Assembly (NCBI GenBank): GCA_963747235.1
Contig: CAVVEU010000024.1
Coordinates: 352,001 to 416,000 of the forward strand
Length of the DNA stretch: 64,000 nt
DNA from: an uncultured Candidatus Rokubacteria bacterium
Lineage (GTDB): Bacteria; Methylomirabilota; Methylomirabilia; Rokubacteriales; CSP1-6
Direction of reading: 5' to 3'
The position numbers were made by a program, and so were the translations under genes. The notes under the pieces are model-generated. The model searched no databases. It was given only the letters and a program-made list of their open reading frames with translations, and was not told where the DNA came from. How positions within the stretch are numbered: position 1 is the first letter of the stretch; the number at the start of each line of letters is the position of its first letter. Of the stretch, positions 42,947 to 53,508 are shown piece after piece.

Positions 42947-44659
42947 GCCCGCCGCTCTCGCAGGGCGCGCGTCGCCGCCGCGTCCACCTTGAAGGTGCCC
43001 GGCTCGAGGACCACGCCGTGCTCCCGGCGCGCGTACGCGAGCGAGATCTTCTCGTTCCGCGCGTCGGCGGCGACCCGCTCGGGGTCGCGCGTGAAGGGAT
43101 CGCCGAAGCCGCCCCCGCCCGGTTGCTCGTGCAGGATCACGTCGCCGCGCTTCAGGATCACCGCGAACTTGGCCGGCATCACGCGCGCCTCTCCGTCCGG
43201 GTTGAGCACGTTCCGGGTGCCGCGCGCGGGCCCGCCGCCGTCGAGCCCGTAGGGGAGGAAGCGCATGCGGTCGGAGCGGAGCTGGAGCGTGGCCTCCTCG
43301 TTCAGCAGGGTGTAGACGCGGCGCAGGCCGAGGCCGCCGCGGAAGCGACCGGCCCCGCAGGAGTCGGGCACGAAGCCGTACTCCTCGATGCGGATCGGGT
43401 GCTGCGCCTCCAGCACCTCCACCGGGGTGTTGGACATGTTCTGCGAGGGGTTCGTCACCGCCTCCATGCCGTCCTTGTCCGGGCGGCCGCCCCACGCGCC
43501 GGTGATCATGTCCACGATCACGAACGGGCGCCGGTCCGCGGTCTGCCCGCCGATCGAGAGCACGGTGTTGCCGCCCTCGCCCGCCGCGGGCACGCGGTCG
43601 GGCAGGGCCTGGGCCAGCGCGCCCAGCATCACGTCGAGCATGCGGTAGCCGGTGAGCGCGCGCGCCGCGCAGGCGCCGGGCAGGTACGGGTTCAGGATGC
43701 TGCCCTCGGGCGCGATCACGTCGATGCAGCGGAAGACGCCCGCGTTGTTGGGCACGTCCTGGCGCAGCACCGAGCGGACCGAGAGATAGGTGCACGACTT
43801 GGTGAAGGAGAGCGTGGAGTTGAGCGCGGCCTTCACCTGGGGCGAGCTGCCCGTCCAGTCGCAGGTGAGGTGCCCGTCGGCGTGCACCGTGATGGCCACC
43901 GTGAGCGGCACCGGCTCGTCGCTGAAGCCGTCGCTGTCGAGGTGATCGGTGAAGCGATAGGTGCCCCGCGGCCAGCGGGCGATCTCGGCGCGGGTGAGGC
44001 GCTCCGCGTAGTCGAGCAGCTCCGCGGTGTAGCGGCGCAGCCTCTCGCGGCCGTAGCGGGTGTAGAGCCGCCCCAGCTCGCGCTCGCCCACCTTGCAGGC
44101 CGCGTACTGGGCGCCCAGGTCGCCGAGCACGCGATCGGGCACCCGCACGTTCTTCTCGATGATGCGCCGGACCGAGCGGCTCATGCGTGCCGCCCTCGTA
44201 GAGCTTGATGGGCGGCAGGCGCAGGCCCTCCTGGTAGATCTCGGTGGAGTCGCTCGCGTTGGAGCCGGGCACGCGCCCGCCCATGTCGGTCTGATGCCCG
44301 ATCACCACCGCGAAGGCCTCGACGTCCCCGTCCCAGAAGATCGGCATGAAGAGGAAGACGTCCGGGATGTGCATGCCGCCCTGGTAGGGATCGTTCATGG
44401 CCACCACGTCGCCGGGCCGGAGATCGCCGGTGAACTCGGCGAGCACGCTGGCCATCGCGTCGGGGATGGCGCCCAGGTGCTGGGCGATGGTCTTGGCCTG
44501 GGCGATCATGCGGCCCCGCGCGTCGCAGAGGGCGGCCGAGTAGTCCATCACGTCCTTGATGATCTCGGAGCGCGCGGTGCGGATGACGGTGTAGGCCATC
44601 TCGTCCACGATCGAGTCGAGCGCGCTCTTGATGACGGCCAGCGTGATGGGATCGATCAT
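42943..44659 (-). CDS. Hydantoinase B / oxoprolinase family subunit; indel near 44185
   Basis: IDPITLAVI, NDPYQGGMHIPD, GHQTDMGG, EIYQEG, GGGGFGDP. Confidence 0.9.
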
Positions 44660-46748
44660 GCGTCCTCTCCGAAGGTGATCAGCAGATTGTCCACCGCGTC
44701 GCGGCGGACGGCCCAGCCGGGCGGCACCACCACCGTCGAGTCGTAGCTCTCGATGATGAGCGGCCCGGCCCGGCCCGCCGCGGCCACCGCCGCGCGCCCC
44801 AGCACCGGGGTCTCCCGCGCGGGGGCGCGCCGGTCGAAGGACACGAGCCGGTGGGTCGCGGGCACGGGCGCCCCGGCCGCCACGCGGATCGTTCGAAAGT
44901 CCAGGCGGCTCGGTCGGACCCCGGTGGCCACCACGCGCACGTTGACCAGCTCGAGCGCCTCGCCGGTGGCGTAGCCGTACGTCGTCGCGTACTCGCGCGC
45001 GAACGCGTCGCGCAGCGCGCGGCAGGCGGTCCGCGGTGATCCGGTCGCCCCGGATCGGGATCACGAGCTCGGAGGACTGGCCGACGTAGCGGAGATCGGC
45101 CTGGGCGTCGAGCCGCACCTGCTCGCGCGGATAGCCCTCCTGGGCGAGGGTGGCGAGCGCTTCCGCGGTCATCTCGTCGAGCCGGGCGTTCGCCCGCTCG
45201 AGCACGCGCTCGTCGAGCGGGCCGCCCGCCGCGCGCACGAAGTGGTGCTCCACGTCGCTGGCCAGCATGCCGACCGCGGTGAACACGCCGGGGGAGACCG
45301 GCACGAGCACGCGGCGGATGTCGAGCGCGCGGGCCACGTCGCCCGCGTGCACCGGGCCGCTGCCGCCGAAGGCCACCAGGGTGAAGTCGCGCGGGTCGCG
45401 CCCGCGCTCGATGGTGACCGACCGGATCGCGCGCGCCATGTTGGCGTTGGCGACCTCCCTGATCCCGTGGGCGGCTTCCTCCACCGAGAGGCCGAGCGGC
45501 GCCGCGACGTGGGCCTGGATCGCCGCGCGCGCCCGCTGCGCGTCGAGCCGGAGCTCGCCGCCCGCCAGGTAGCCGGGGTTGAGAAAGCCCAGGGCCACGT
45601 TGGCGTCGGTGACGGTGGGCCGCGTGCCGCCCAGCGCGTAGCAGGCGGGGCCGGGCATGCGCGCCGGCCGACTCCGGCCCCACCCGCAGCAGGCCGCCGT
45701 CGTCGATGTGCGCGATGGAGCCGGCGCCCGCGCCCACCTCGGCGATGTCGATGGCGGGGACCTTCAGCATGTAGCCGCCCGCCTTGATGAAGCGGCTCGA
45801 CGTGCTGATGCCCTCGCGGAACTCGTACTCGGTGGTCAGCGAGACGCGCCCGTTCTCCACCAGCGAGGCCTTGGCGGTGGTGCCGCCCATGTCGAAGGCG
45901 ATGAGGTTCGGCGTGTCGGCGACCTGCCCGAGCCGCGCCGCGCCCGCCACCCCGGCCGCCGGCCCCGACCCCACCGCGAAGACCGGCCGCTCGCCCGCGC
46001 CCTGCGCGCCCACCACGCCGCCGTTGGAGGCCACCACCAGCAGCGGCGCCTCCACGCCGATCCCCCGCAGGCCCGCCGCGAGGGTCGCCAGGTAGCGGCG
46101 CATCACGGGCAGGAGATAGGCGTTCACCACCGTGGTGCTGGTGCGCTCGTACTCCTTGATCTCGGGCAGCACGCGGTAGGACGCGGTCACGTCGAGGGTG
46201 GGGAAGCGCGCGGCGAGCAGGCTCTCGGCCAGGCGCTCGTGGGCCGGATTCACGTAGCTGTTGATGAAGCTCACCGCCACCACGTCGACGCCGTCGGCGA
46301 CCAGGCGCTCCGCGGCGGCCAGCAGCCCCTCGCGATCGAGCGGGCGCACGACCGCGCCGTCGGCGGCGATCCGCTCGTCGACTTCGAGGCGGTGGCGGCG
46401 CTCGACCAGGGGCTCGGGCTTCTCCCACGTGAGGTCGAAGAGATCGGGCGTGCGCACGCGCCCGATCTCGAGCACGTCCCGGAACCCCCGCGTGGTCAGG
46501 AGCCCGACGCGCGCGCCCTTCTTCTGGAGGATGGTGTTGGACGCCACCGTGGTGCCGTGCACGACCTCGACGACGGACGCGGGGGCGACGCCGGCCGCGT
46601 GGAGGAGCGCGTCGAGCCCGCGCACCACCGCGAGCCCGGGATCCTCGGGCGTGGAGGAGACCTTGCTGACCCGTAGCGCGCCGTCGTGCAGGCGCAGCAC
46701 GATGTCGGTGAAGGTGCCGCCGATGTCCACCCCGACGCGCGCGCTCAT
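44656..46748 (-). CDS. Hydantoinase A / oxoprolinase family subunit; indels near 45025 and 45660
   Basis: DIGGTFTD, HGTTVASN, SGPAAG, DMGGTT, FGGSGPVH. Confidence 0.9.
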
Positions 46749-47644
46749 GCGTGAGACCGCAGGCGGCCGGTGAGCACGGTGATCGCGCGGCCTCCGACGC
46801 GCACGCGCTCGGCGTGCCCGGCCTTCGCGGTGAGCTCCACCTGCAGGCGCCCGGGGCGGCCGAGCCCGTCGCCCTGCTCGGCGGTGAAGACGATGCGCCC
46901 GTCGGTGGCGGGGAGCGCGCCCGCCTCGAGCAGCCAGACGCCGAGGGAAGAGTGGACGGAGCCGGTGACGATGTCCTCCGGGATGCCGTAGTGCGGGGCG
47001 AAGAAGCGGCAGTGGCTGCGCGAGCCCGGGTCCACCGTCTCGCGCGAGACCACGCAGACGCCGCGCGCGTGCTGCGGGGCGCGCACCGCGGCCAGGCGGC
47101 GCATGTCGGGCTCGAGCGCCCGCAGCGCGGCCAGATCGCGCGCGGGCAACAGAAGATCCTGGTCGGGCGTCACCACCGGGCGCGCCCAGCCACCCACCGC
47201 GGCGCGGGACAGGCCGAGCGCGTCCAGGATCTCCCCCAGGTCGCCATCGAAAGGCCGGCACGCGGGAAGCGGGGGCTCGAGCCACATCAGCGCGCGGCCG
47301 GCGTCGCGCTCCACGTCGACGCGCAGGAGCCCCGACGGCGTCTCGTAGGTGACGCGATCGCCCGCGAGGCGGCCGCTCTCGACCAGGGCGTGCGTGCCGC
47401 AGAGCGCGGTGTGGCCGGAGTAGCCGACCTCGCGCTTCGGGGTGAACATGCGGAGCCGCCAGTCCACGCCCGCCTGTGTCGAGGCGGAGACGAACGCGGT
47501 GCCCGGCACCAGCATCTCGGCCGCGATCCGCTGCATGGCGGCCGCGTCGAGGTGGTCGGCGTCCAGCACCGCGGCGGCCGGATTGCCGGCGAAGGGCCGC
47601 TCGGTGAAGATGTCGGCCTGGATGATCGCGACGGTCTGGCTCAT
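46745..47644 (-). CDS. PhzF-family isomerase/epimerase
   Basis: DIFTERPFAGNPAA, RMFTPKREVGYSGH, RFFAPHYGIPEDIVTGS, EQGDGLGRPG. Confidence 0.88.
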   Translation of the reverse strand: MSQTVAIIQADIFTERPFAGNPAAAVLDADHLDAAAMQRIAAEMLVPGTAFVSASTQAGVDWRLRMFTPKREVGYSGHTALCGTHALVESGRLAGDRVTYETPSGLLRVDVERDAGRALMWLEPPLPACRPFDGDLGEILDALGLSRAAVGGWARPVVTPDQDLLLPARDLAALRALEPDMRRLAAVRAPQHARGVCVVSRETVDPGSRSHCRFFAPHYGIPEDIVTGSVHSSLGVWLLEAGALPATDGRIVFTAEQGDGLGRPGRLQVELTAKAGHAERVRVGGRAITVLTGRLRSHA

Positions 47645-48666
47645 GGCCGGATGCGCTCGCGCAGGCGCCGGGCCTGGCGGCCGAGCGCGCGGGTGGACCA
47701 CACGGTGCCGAGCGAATGGGCCATCAGCCCGTAGACGCGCACGCGCGGGACCTTGAGCGTGATGGCCGGATCGAGCCAGTTGGGCGAGGCGGCGAGCAGG
47801 TCGAGGGTCCGGAGCCCGATCAGCAGCGGCCACGCGCAGGCCAGCCGCATGCGCGCCTCGCGCCGCGGGATCGCGAACGTGTACTGCCAGCCCGCTTCGT
47901 AGTGATCGAGCGCGGTGTTGAGCCACTCGCCGAGGAGCGGCCGCGCGGCGGGCGCCCGCGCCGGGTCCAGCAGGTCGCGCGGCTCGAGGCCAAACCGGGC
48001 CAGGTCCTGGCGGGGCAGGTAGCAGCGGCCCTGGCGCAGGTCGCGCGGCACGTCGCGCAGCACGTTGGTGAGCTGCAGGCCCTTGCCGAAGCGCGTGCCG
48101 AGCGCGCGCATGCGCGGCAGGTCCCAGCGGGCGAGGCGGGGGCGATGGGCCACGTGCACCTCGGTCCAGAACTCCCCCACGCAGCCCGCCACCAGGTACG
48201 TGTAGCGGTCGAGATCCTCGCGCGTCTCGAGCGCGGCCAGCTTGCCCTCGTCCTCACCCGGGAAGACGCGCAGGTCCTGGATCTGGCCCTCGATGATCGT
48301 GTTGAGCACCGCGTGCACCCGCCCGCGGTCCGCCGGCGGCAGGGCGCGGTAGGCGGCCAGGCAGTCGGGCAGCCGCTCGAGCAACCTGCGCTCCGCGGGC
48401 AGCGCCTGCGCGGCGGCGGTCGCGTCCACGACGGCGACGATCGGGGCCGCGTCGGGCGCGGCGAGCGCGGCGCGCAGGGCTTCCAGATGCGCGATGCGCG
48501 AGGCCCGGTCGATCAGCCGCGTGTCCGCGATGGTGTCGGAGGCGCGCGCGAACAGGTACGCGAGCCCGATGGTCGGCCGCACCGACCCGGGCAGGACGGC
48601 GAGCGAGAGATAGAAGGATCGACTGACCCGCCGGAGGAGCGCGGCGGTGAGATCGCTGCCGGGCAC
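47641..48666 (-). CDS. Squalene synthase (farnesyl-diphosphate farnesyltransferase type)
   Basis: VSRSF flap motif, DTIAD, YTYLVAGCVG, GLQLTNVLRD, GRCYLP. Confidence 0.85.
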   Translation of the reverse strand: MPGSDLTAALLRRVSRSFYLSLAVLPGSVRPTIGLAYLFARASDTIADTRLIDRASRIAHLEALRAALAAPDAAPIVAVVDATAAAQALPAERRLLERLPDCLAAYRALPPADRGRVHAVLNTIIEGQIQDLRVFPGEDEGKLAALETREDLDRYTYLVAGCVGEFWTEVHVAHRPRLARWDLPRMRALGTRFGKGLQLTNVLRDVPRDLRQGRCYLPRQDLARFGLEPRDLLDPARAPAARPLLGEWLNTALDHYEAGWQYTFAIPRREARMRLACAWPLLIGLRTLDLLAASPNWLDPAITLKVPRVRVYGLMAHSLGTVWSTRALGRQARRLRERIRP

Positions 48667-48671
48667 GGCGG

Positions 48672-48964
48672 CTAGTCGAGGTCGAGCGGATTGAGGGGAC
48701 GGCCGGGCATGTCCTTGGCCTTCTTGATCCCCTCCTTGAACATCTTGTCGAGGACCTGCGGCTTCTTCTCCTGGGCCTTCGGAGCTCTTCCTTGAAGCGC
48801 TCGGCGCGGCGCGCCTCGGCGCCCTTCAGCGAGGCGAGCGCGTCGTCGAGCCCGAGCCCGGACTTCGCCCGGGGCGCCGGCTCGTGCGCGATGACCGCCT
48901 CGAGCGCCGGATCGATGGTGAGGCGTCCGTCGCAGCAGGGGCAGGTGACCTTGAACTCCGCCAT
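48672..48964 (-). CDS. Small hypothetical protein with a CPCC motif and coiled coil; indel near 48780
   Basis: MAEFKVTCPCCDGRLTIDP...KAKDMPGRPLNPLDLD*; TG-A-TAGTCT 7 nt before the ATG. Confidence 0.7.
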
Positions 48965-48987
48965 GGCCACGAGACTATCACAGCGGC

Positions 48988-50562
48988 TCAGCGGCGGCGC
49001 AGGCGGGCCTCGAAGCCGGGCAGGATGGCCTTGAAGAACGCGTTCTGGACCAGGCCGACGACGGTCTCGATGATGCCGGCGTTCGGCTTGTCGAGCGGGC
49101 CGGAGATCTCGATGCGGGTCGCCACCTCGTCCCGCGGCCGGTTCTGCAGCACCCGCGAGATGCCGCCCACCACGCCCTCGTAGACCTTTCTCAGCACGTT
49201 CTTGTCGCGATCCTGGCGCGCGTCGTAGACGGTCATGTCCTGGAAGAGCGGCTTGACGTAGCCGGACATCCGCCGGTCCCGGACCGCGATCTCGGTGTAC
49301 ATGGAGAAGCGGCCCGCCGTCACGTCGAAGTTGCCGTGGGCCCGCAGCAGGTCGTTCATGGTCCTGAGATCGGTCTCCTCGATCTCCACCGCCAGGTCGA
49401 AGTCGGGGCCCGGCCGGGTCGGGCGCAGCTTGAAGTCGGCGCTGGCCGGTCCGCTGCCCATGAACTTGCCGGTCAGCTTGGCCTGCGACGTCTCTCCGCT
49501 CGGCAGGCTGCTCAGGTTCGTGAGGGTCATGGCGGTATCGTTCAGGAAGACCCGATAGCTCGGGCTCACCGTCTTGTTCACGAAGCCGAAGTTGCTCCTG
49601 ACGATCTCCAGGCGGTCTATCCGGAACATGAGGCCGGGGTCCTGCGACTTGTCGGCGGCCTTGGTCGCCTCGCGCGCCACCTCCTTGCCCACCCCCGCCA
49701 TCTGCGGGGTGTGCACGTAGTCCACGTGCACGCCGTCCACGGTGGCGTTCCACAGCTTCACCGACTTGAACTGCGGCGCGATCTCGACCTCGCCGTACGC
49801 GGAGAGCGTGCCCTTGGCCACCGCCAGGTTGTAGCGGTTGGTGATCGGCTTGAAGTAGTCGAGCTCGATGCCGTCGAGCTTGATGTCGGTCATGAACGCG
49901 GCGTGGGGCGCGGCGAGGAAGTCGGCCCAGCCGGTGGCGCTGACCGAGCCGCCCTCGAACACGCGCGCGGTCAGGCGCATCGGCGAGGGATAGACCCCCA
50001 CCTCGGAGTGCACGTTGCGGATGTTGGAGGCCTCGAGCTCGAGGTCCTGGACCCGCAGGGGCTTGAAGGGGCCGTTGTCCTTGTAGGTGATGTCGCCCCG
50101 GGAGATCCGGAGCTGGTTGATCTTGAGGGGATAGATGGCCTGGAGCGCGTCCTGCCACCCCTTGTCCTTCACCGGGGTGGCGTCGTCGATCTCTTCCTTC
50201 GCCTGGGGCAGATCGAGGACCACCACCGGACGGTCGATGAGGATGTCGCCGACCACGCGCCCGGCCAGGAGCGCCCGCCAGTGCACGCTCGCGTAGAGCC
50301 GCCCGATGTTGGCCACCGGCGGATCGGGATGCTCGTGCTGGACGATGACGGTGTCCCGAAGCTCGAGCGAGAAGTTGAGCGGGCTGAAGTGGAGCGCGCC
50401 GATCGTGGCGGTGTAGCCCTGCAGGCGCGCGTTCATCTTCGCCTCGGTGTAGCGGCGTAGCGGCTCGTCGATGAAGAAGAGCGCGATGGCGGAGGCGAGG
50501 CCGGCCAGGACGACGAGGGCGACGGCCGCGACGATCCATCGGCGCCGGGTCATGGTGATCAT
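48988..50562 (-). CDS. DUF748 / AsmA-like membrane-anchored beta-rich protein
   Basis: N-terminal TM; PLKINQLRI, GYVKPLF, VATRIEISG, QNAFFKAILPG pattern. Confidence 0.75.
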   Translation of the reverse strand: MITMTRRRWIVAAVALVVLAGLASAIALFFIDEPLRRYTEAKMNARLQGYTATIGALHFSPLNFSLELRDTVIVQHEHPDPPVANIGRLYASVHWRALLAGRVVGDILIDRPVVVLDLPQAKEEIDDATPVKDKGWQDALQAIYPLKINQLRISRGDITYKDNGPFKPLRVQDLELEASNIRNVHSEVGVYPSPMRLTARVFEGGSVSATGWADFLAAPHAAFMTDIKLDGIELDYFKPITNRYNLAVAKGTLSAYGEVEIAPQFKSVKLWNATVDGVHVDYVHTPQMAGVGKEVAREATKAADKSQDPGLMFRIDRLEIVRSNFGFVNKTVSPSYRVFLNDTAMTLTNLSSLPSGETSQAKLTGKFMGSGPASADFKLRPTRPGPDFDLAVEIEETDLRTMNDLLRAHGNFDVTAGRFSMYTEIAVRDRRMSGYVKPLFQDMTVYDARQDRDKNVLRKVYEGVVGGISRVLQNRPRDEVATRIEISGPLDKPNAGIIETVVGLVQNAFFKAILPGFEARLRRR

Positions 50563-50575
50563 GCGAACGAGTCAA

Positions 50576-50591
50576 AGCAAGCGGCGTGCCC
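50576..50591 (-). promoter_or_regulatory. Sigma-54 promoter of the DUF748 gene
   Basis: GGGCACGCCGCTTGCT, GG-N10-GC spacing. Confidence 0.72.
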
Positions 50592-50637
50592 ACCCGGGTC
50601 GTGACCGCGCGAGCTCGCGCGCCATCGATCGGTCCGA

Positions 50638-50672
50638 CGGGAAGTTCCTTCCGGTTGCCACCGGGAAGTTCC
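50638..50672. promoter_or_regulatory. Tandem CGGGAAGTTCC repeats (GGAA-N-TTCC cores), candidate enhancer sites
   Basis: Exact 11-bp copies at 50638-50648 and 50662-50672, between two divergent sigma-54 motifs. Confidence 0.6.
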
Positions 50673-50727
50673 GACCGACCGGCCTGATCCTTCCTTCGTA
50701 AAACCCTCACATCGCGTCCGTTCTCGC

Positions 50728-50743
50728 TGGCACAGGAGTTGTA
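50728..50743 (+). promoter_or_regulatory. Sigma-54-like promoter of the pyruvyltransferase operon
   Basis: TGGCACAGGAGTTGTA (C>T at -12). Confidence 0.55.
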
Positions 50744-50779
50744 GTTGTCCCCGCCCATGACCAACCAGCGGCGGACCAC

Positions 50780-51919
50780 GTGTACCGGATCGGCATCTCG
50801 GGATCGTATGGCGGGCTCAATCTGGGTGACGAGGCGATCCTCCAGTCCATCGTGGCGCAGCTCCGCGCCGCGGTGCCCTGCGAGATCACCGTGTTCTCGC
50901 GCGACGCCAAGGACACCGCGGCGCGGCACAAGGTGGAGAAGAGCATCCCGGTGCGCGATCTCTCGCGCGACGAAGTGCGGCCGGAGGTCGCCGAGCTCGA
51001 TCTGTTGATCCTGGGCGGCGGCGGCATCCTCTACGACGACGCGGCCGCGGTGTATCTCAGAGAGGTCGAGCTCGCGCAGGAGCACAGCGTGCCGGTGCTG
51101 GTCTACGCGGTGAGCGCGGGCCCACTCCACGATGCGGCGGCGCGGACCCTGGTGCGCGACACCCTGAGCCGGGTGGACGCGGTGACGGTCCGGGAGCGGC
51201 GCGCCCGCCAGCTCCTCGAGGAAGTTGGGGTGCGCGACATCGAGGTGACCGCCGACCCCGCGTTCCTGCTCGAGCCCGAGCCGATCCCCGAGGATGCGCT
51301 GCAGCGAGAGGGGCTGAACCAGAACCGCCGGCTGATCGGCCTCTCGGTGCGGGAGCCGGGCTCGGCCGCGCCCGACATCGACGAGACGCACTACCATGCG
51401 CTGCTCGCCAACGCGGCCGACTACATGGTCGACCGGCTCGACGCGGATCTGGTGTTCGTGCCCATGGAGCCGCGCCAGAAGGACACCCAGCACTGCCACG
51501 CGGTGGTGTCGAAGATGGCCCACGCCCACCAGGCCACCGTGCTGAAGGGCGAGTACACGTCGGGCCAGCTCCTCTCGCTCATGAGCCACTTCGACTTCGC
51601 GGTGGGCATGCGGCTGCACTTCCTGATCTTCGCGGCGCTCAACCGGGTGCCGTTCGTGGCGCTGCCCTACTCGAGCAAGGTCGCGGGCTTCCTCGAGGAT
51701 CTGGAGATCGCGATGCCGCCGCTCAAGCAGGTCAACGCGGGCCAGCTCATCGCCTACATCGACCGGTGGTGGGACCTGCGGCGCAATCTGCAGGCGCGGC
51801 TCGAGAAGGCGGTGCCGGAGATCCAGAACCGGGCGCGGCGCACCACCGAGATCGCCCTGCGGCTCCTGACCGACCGGCGGGACCTCCGGGCCGCCGAAGC
51901 GGGACGCGGATCGGCCTGA
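50780..51919 (+). CDS. Polysaccharide pyruvyltransferase family (CsaB/WcaK-like)
   Basis: GSYGGLNLGDEAIL, GGGGILYD, TVRE, TADPA, GMRLH; true start may be ATG 50757 plus an indel. Confidence 0.88.
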   Translation: MYRIGISGSYGGLNLGDEAILQSIVAQLRAAVPCEITVFSRDAKDTAARHKVEKSIPVRDLSRDEVRPEVAELDLLILGGGGILYDDAAAVYLREVELAQEHSVPVLVYAVSAGPLHDAAARTLVRDTLSRVDAVTVRERRARQLLEEVGVRDIEVTADPAFLLEPEPIPEDALQREGLNQNRRLIGLSVREPGSAAPDIDETHYHALLANAADYMVDRLDADLVFVPMEPRQKDTQHCHAVVSKMAHAHQATVLKGEYTSGQLLSLMSHFDFAVGMRLHFLIFAALNRVPFVALPYSSKVAGFLEDLEIAMPPLKQVNAGQLIAYIDRWWDLRRNLQARLEKAVPEIQNRARRTTEIALRLLTDRRDLRAAEAGRGSA

Positions 51920-51922
51920 CCC

Positions 51923-53329
51923 GTGCCCCCGCTGCTCCGGCCCCGCGCGCCGGCGACCATCACCCTGGCGCCCCGCACCGCGATGGTCGCCGCGGAGTGC
52001 GACGTCCTGGTGGTGGGCGGGGGTCCCGCCGGCCTCGGGGCCGCCCTCGGCGCGGCCGACGCCGGGGCGGACGTGATCCTGGTGGAGCGCCACGCCTTCC
52101 TGGGCGGCAACGCCACCGCGGCGCTCGTGATGCCGCTCATGTCCTTTCACACCCAGCGCGGTTCGGCGGCGCCGGGGACCGCGTCCGAGCTGATGCCGCA
52201 CGATCACGGCCCGGGCGACCCGGTGGTCCAGGGCGCGCTCAAGCGGCTGCTGGATCGGCTGGAGTCGGCGGGGGGCTCGCTCCGGCCGTCGCCGCAGACC
52301 GGCTACGTGGTGCCGTTCGACCCGGAGATCTTCAAGCTCGTGGCCCTCGATCTGCTGGACGAGGCGGGCGTCCGCGCCCTGCTGTACGCCTTCGCCAGCG
52401 GCGTCGTCGGCGCGCCCCGGCCCGACGGCGTGGTCTTCGAGACCAAGTCGGGGCCCATCGTCGTGATGGCCCGGGCCATCGTGGACGCCACCGGCGACGG
52501 CGACGTGGCCGCGCTGGCGGGGGCGCCCTTCGAGGTCGGCCGCGCGGGCGACGCCCTCGTGCAGCCGATGACGCTGATGTTCCGCATGGTGGAGTTCGAG
52601 CGGAACGGCTTCGCGGCGTACCGGCAGGCGCACCCCGACCAGTGGCGCGGCGTGCACGGACTCTGGGACCTGGTGCGGGAGGCGAGCGCGGCCGGTGAGC
52701 TGGAGCTCGCGCGCGAGGACATCCTCTTCTTCGGGACCCCGCACGAGCGGGAGCTGTCGGTCAACAGCACGCGGGTGACCGGCGCGCTCGGCACCAGCGT
52801 GTGGGATCTCACGGTGGCCGAGTGGCAGGCGCGCAGCCAGATGAAGCAGATCGCCGCCTTCCTGCGCAAGTACGTGCCGGGCTTCGAGCGGTCCTACGTG
52901 GCCCAGAGCGGCGTGACGATCGGGGTGCGCGAAACGCGCCGCATCACCGGGGAATACCAGCTCACCGCGGAGGACATCCTGGGCGCGCGGAAGGCGGACG
53001 ACGTGATCGCGCGGGGAACGTACCCGCTCGACATCCACAATCCAAAGGGGAAGGGCACCGTGCTGATGCGGCTGCCGGACGGCGAGTCCTACGACATCCC
53101 GCTCCGCTGTCTGATGCCGCAGCGGGTGGACCGGCTCATGGTGGCGGGCCGGTGCATCTCGGGCACCCACGAGGCGCACTCGTCCTATCGCGTCATGCCG
53201 ATCGCGATGGCCACCGGCCAGGCCGCGGGCGTGTGCGCGGCGATGGCCGCGCGCGGGGGCAAGGCGGTGCGCGACGTGCCGCCGCGCGACGTGCAGACCG
53301 AGCTGCGCCGCCAGGGCGCCCTGATCTGA
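51923..53329 (+). CDS. FAD-dependent oxidoreductase
   Basis: DVLVVGGGPAG, DATGDGD, GVRETRRI, YDIPLRCL, AGRCIS, ATGQAAG. Confidence 0.88.
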   Translation: MPPLLRPRAPATITLAPRTAMVAAECDVLVVGGGPAGLGAALGAADAGADVILVERHAFLGGNATAALVMPLMSFHTQRGSAAPGTASELMPHDHGPGDPVVQGALKRLLDRLESAGGSLRPSPQTGYVVPFDPEIFKLVALDLLDEAGVRALLYAFASGVVGAPRPDGVVFETKSGPIVVMARAIVDATGDGDVAALAGAPFEVGRAGDALVQPMTLMFRMVEFERNGFAAYRQAHPDQWRGVHGLWDLVREASAAGELELAREDILFFGTPHERELSVNSTRVTGALGTSVWDLTVAEWQARSQMKQIAAFLRKYVPGFERSYVAQSGVTIGVRETRRITGEYQLTAEDILGARKADDVIARGTYPLDIHNPKGKGTVLMRLPDGESYDIPLRCLMPQRVDRLMVAGRCISGTHEAHSSYRVMPIAMATGQAAGVCAAMAARGGKAVRDVPPRDVQTELRRQGALI

Positions 53330-53441
53330 GCGCGTCGCGGCAACGCCTTCCTACCGCGTAAGAGATACGCGGGGGAACCTTCGGGGCCCCGCCGATCTAC
53401 GCGAAAGGCGTGTCGAACGCGCGGAAGCGTCGGGCGGGCCG

Positions 53442-53457
53442 CGGCACGTCCCTTGCG
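53442..53457 (+). promoter_or_regulatory. Sigma-54 promoter of csbD
   Basis: CGGCACGTCCCTTGCG, GG-N10-GC spacing. Confidence 0.68.
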
Positions 53458-53508
53458 TTGTTCTCGAGCAGCAACCCGATCACCCCGTTCACATGAAAGG
53501 GAGCCGCG

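Noticed and set aside
46745-48666. Phenazine, carotenoid or hopanoid biosynthetic cluster
   Set aside because: Only one PhzF-family gene and one synthase are present; no phzA-G, crtI, shc or hpn genes are nearby.
6967-48964. About 30 frameshifts read as mass pseudogenisation or programmed frameshifting
   Set aside because: They hit conserved genes (ftsH, clpB) without in-frame stops or motif decay, and I saw no shared slippery motif. Uncorrected long-read indels are the simpler explanation.
48254-53179. Very long ORFs (1641 aa here; also 14530-18270, 42047-45658, 15231-18089)
   Set aside because: Arg/Ala/Gly/Pro-rich shadow frames overlapping recognisable genes, as expected in high-GC DNA. 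Some contain pieces of real frameshifted genes.
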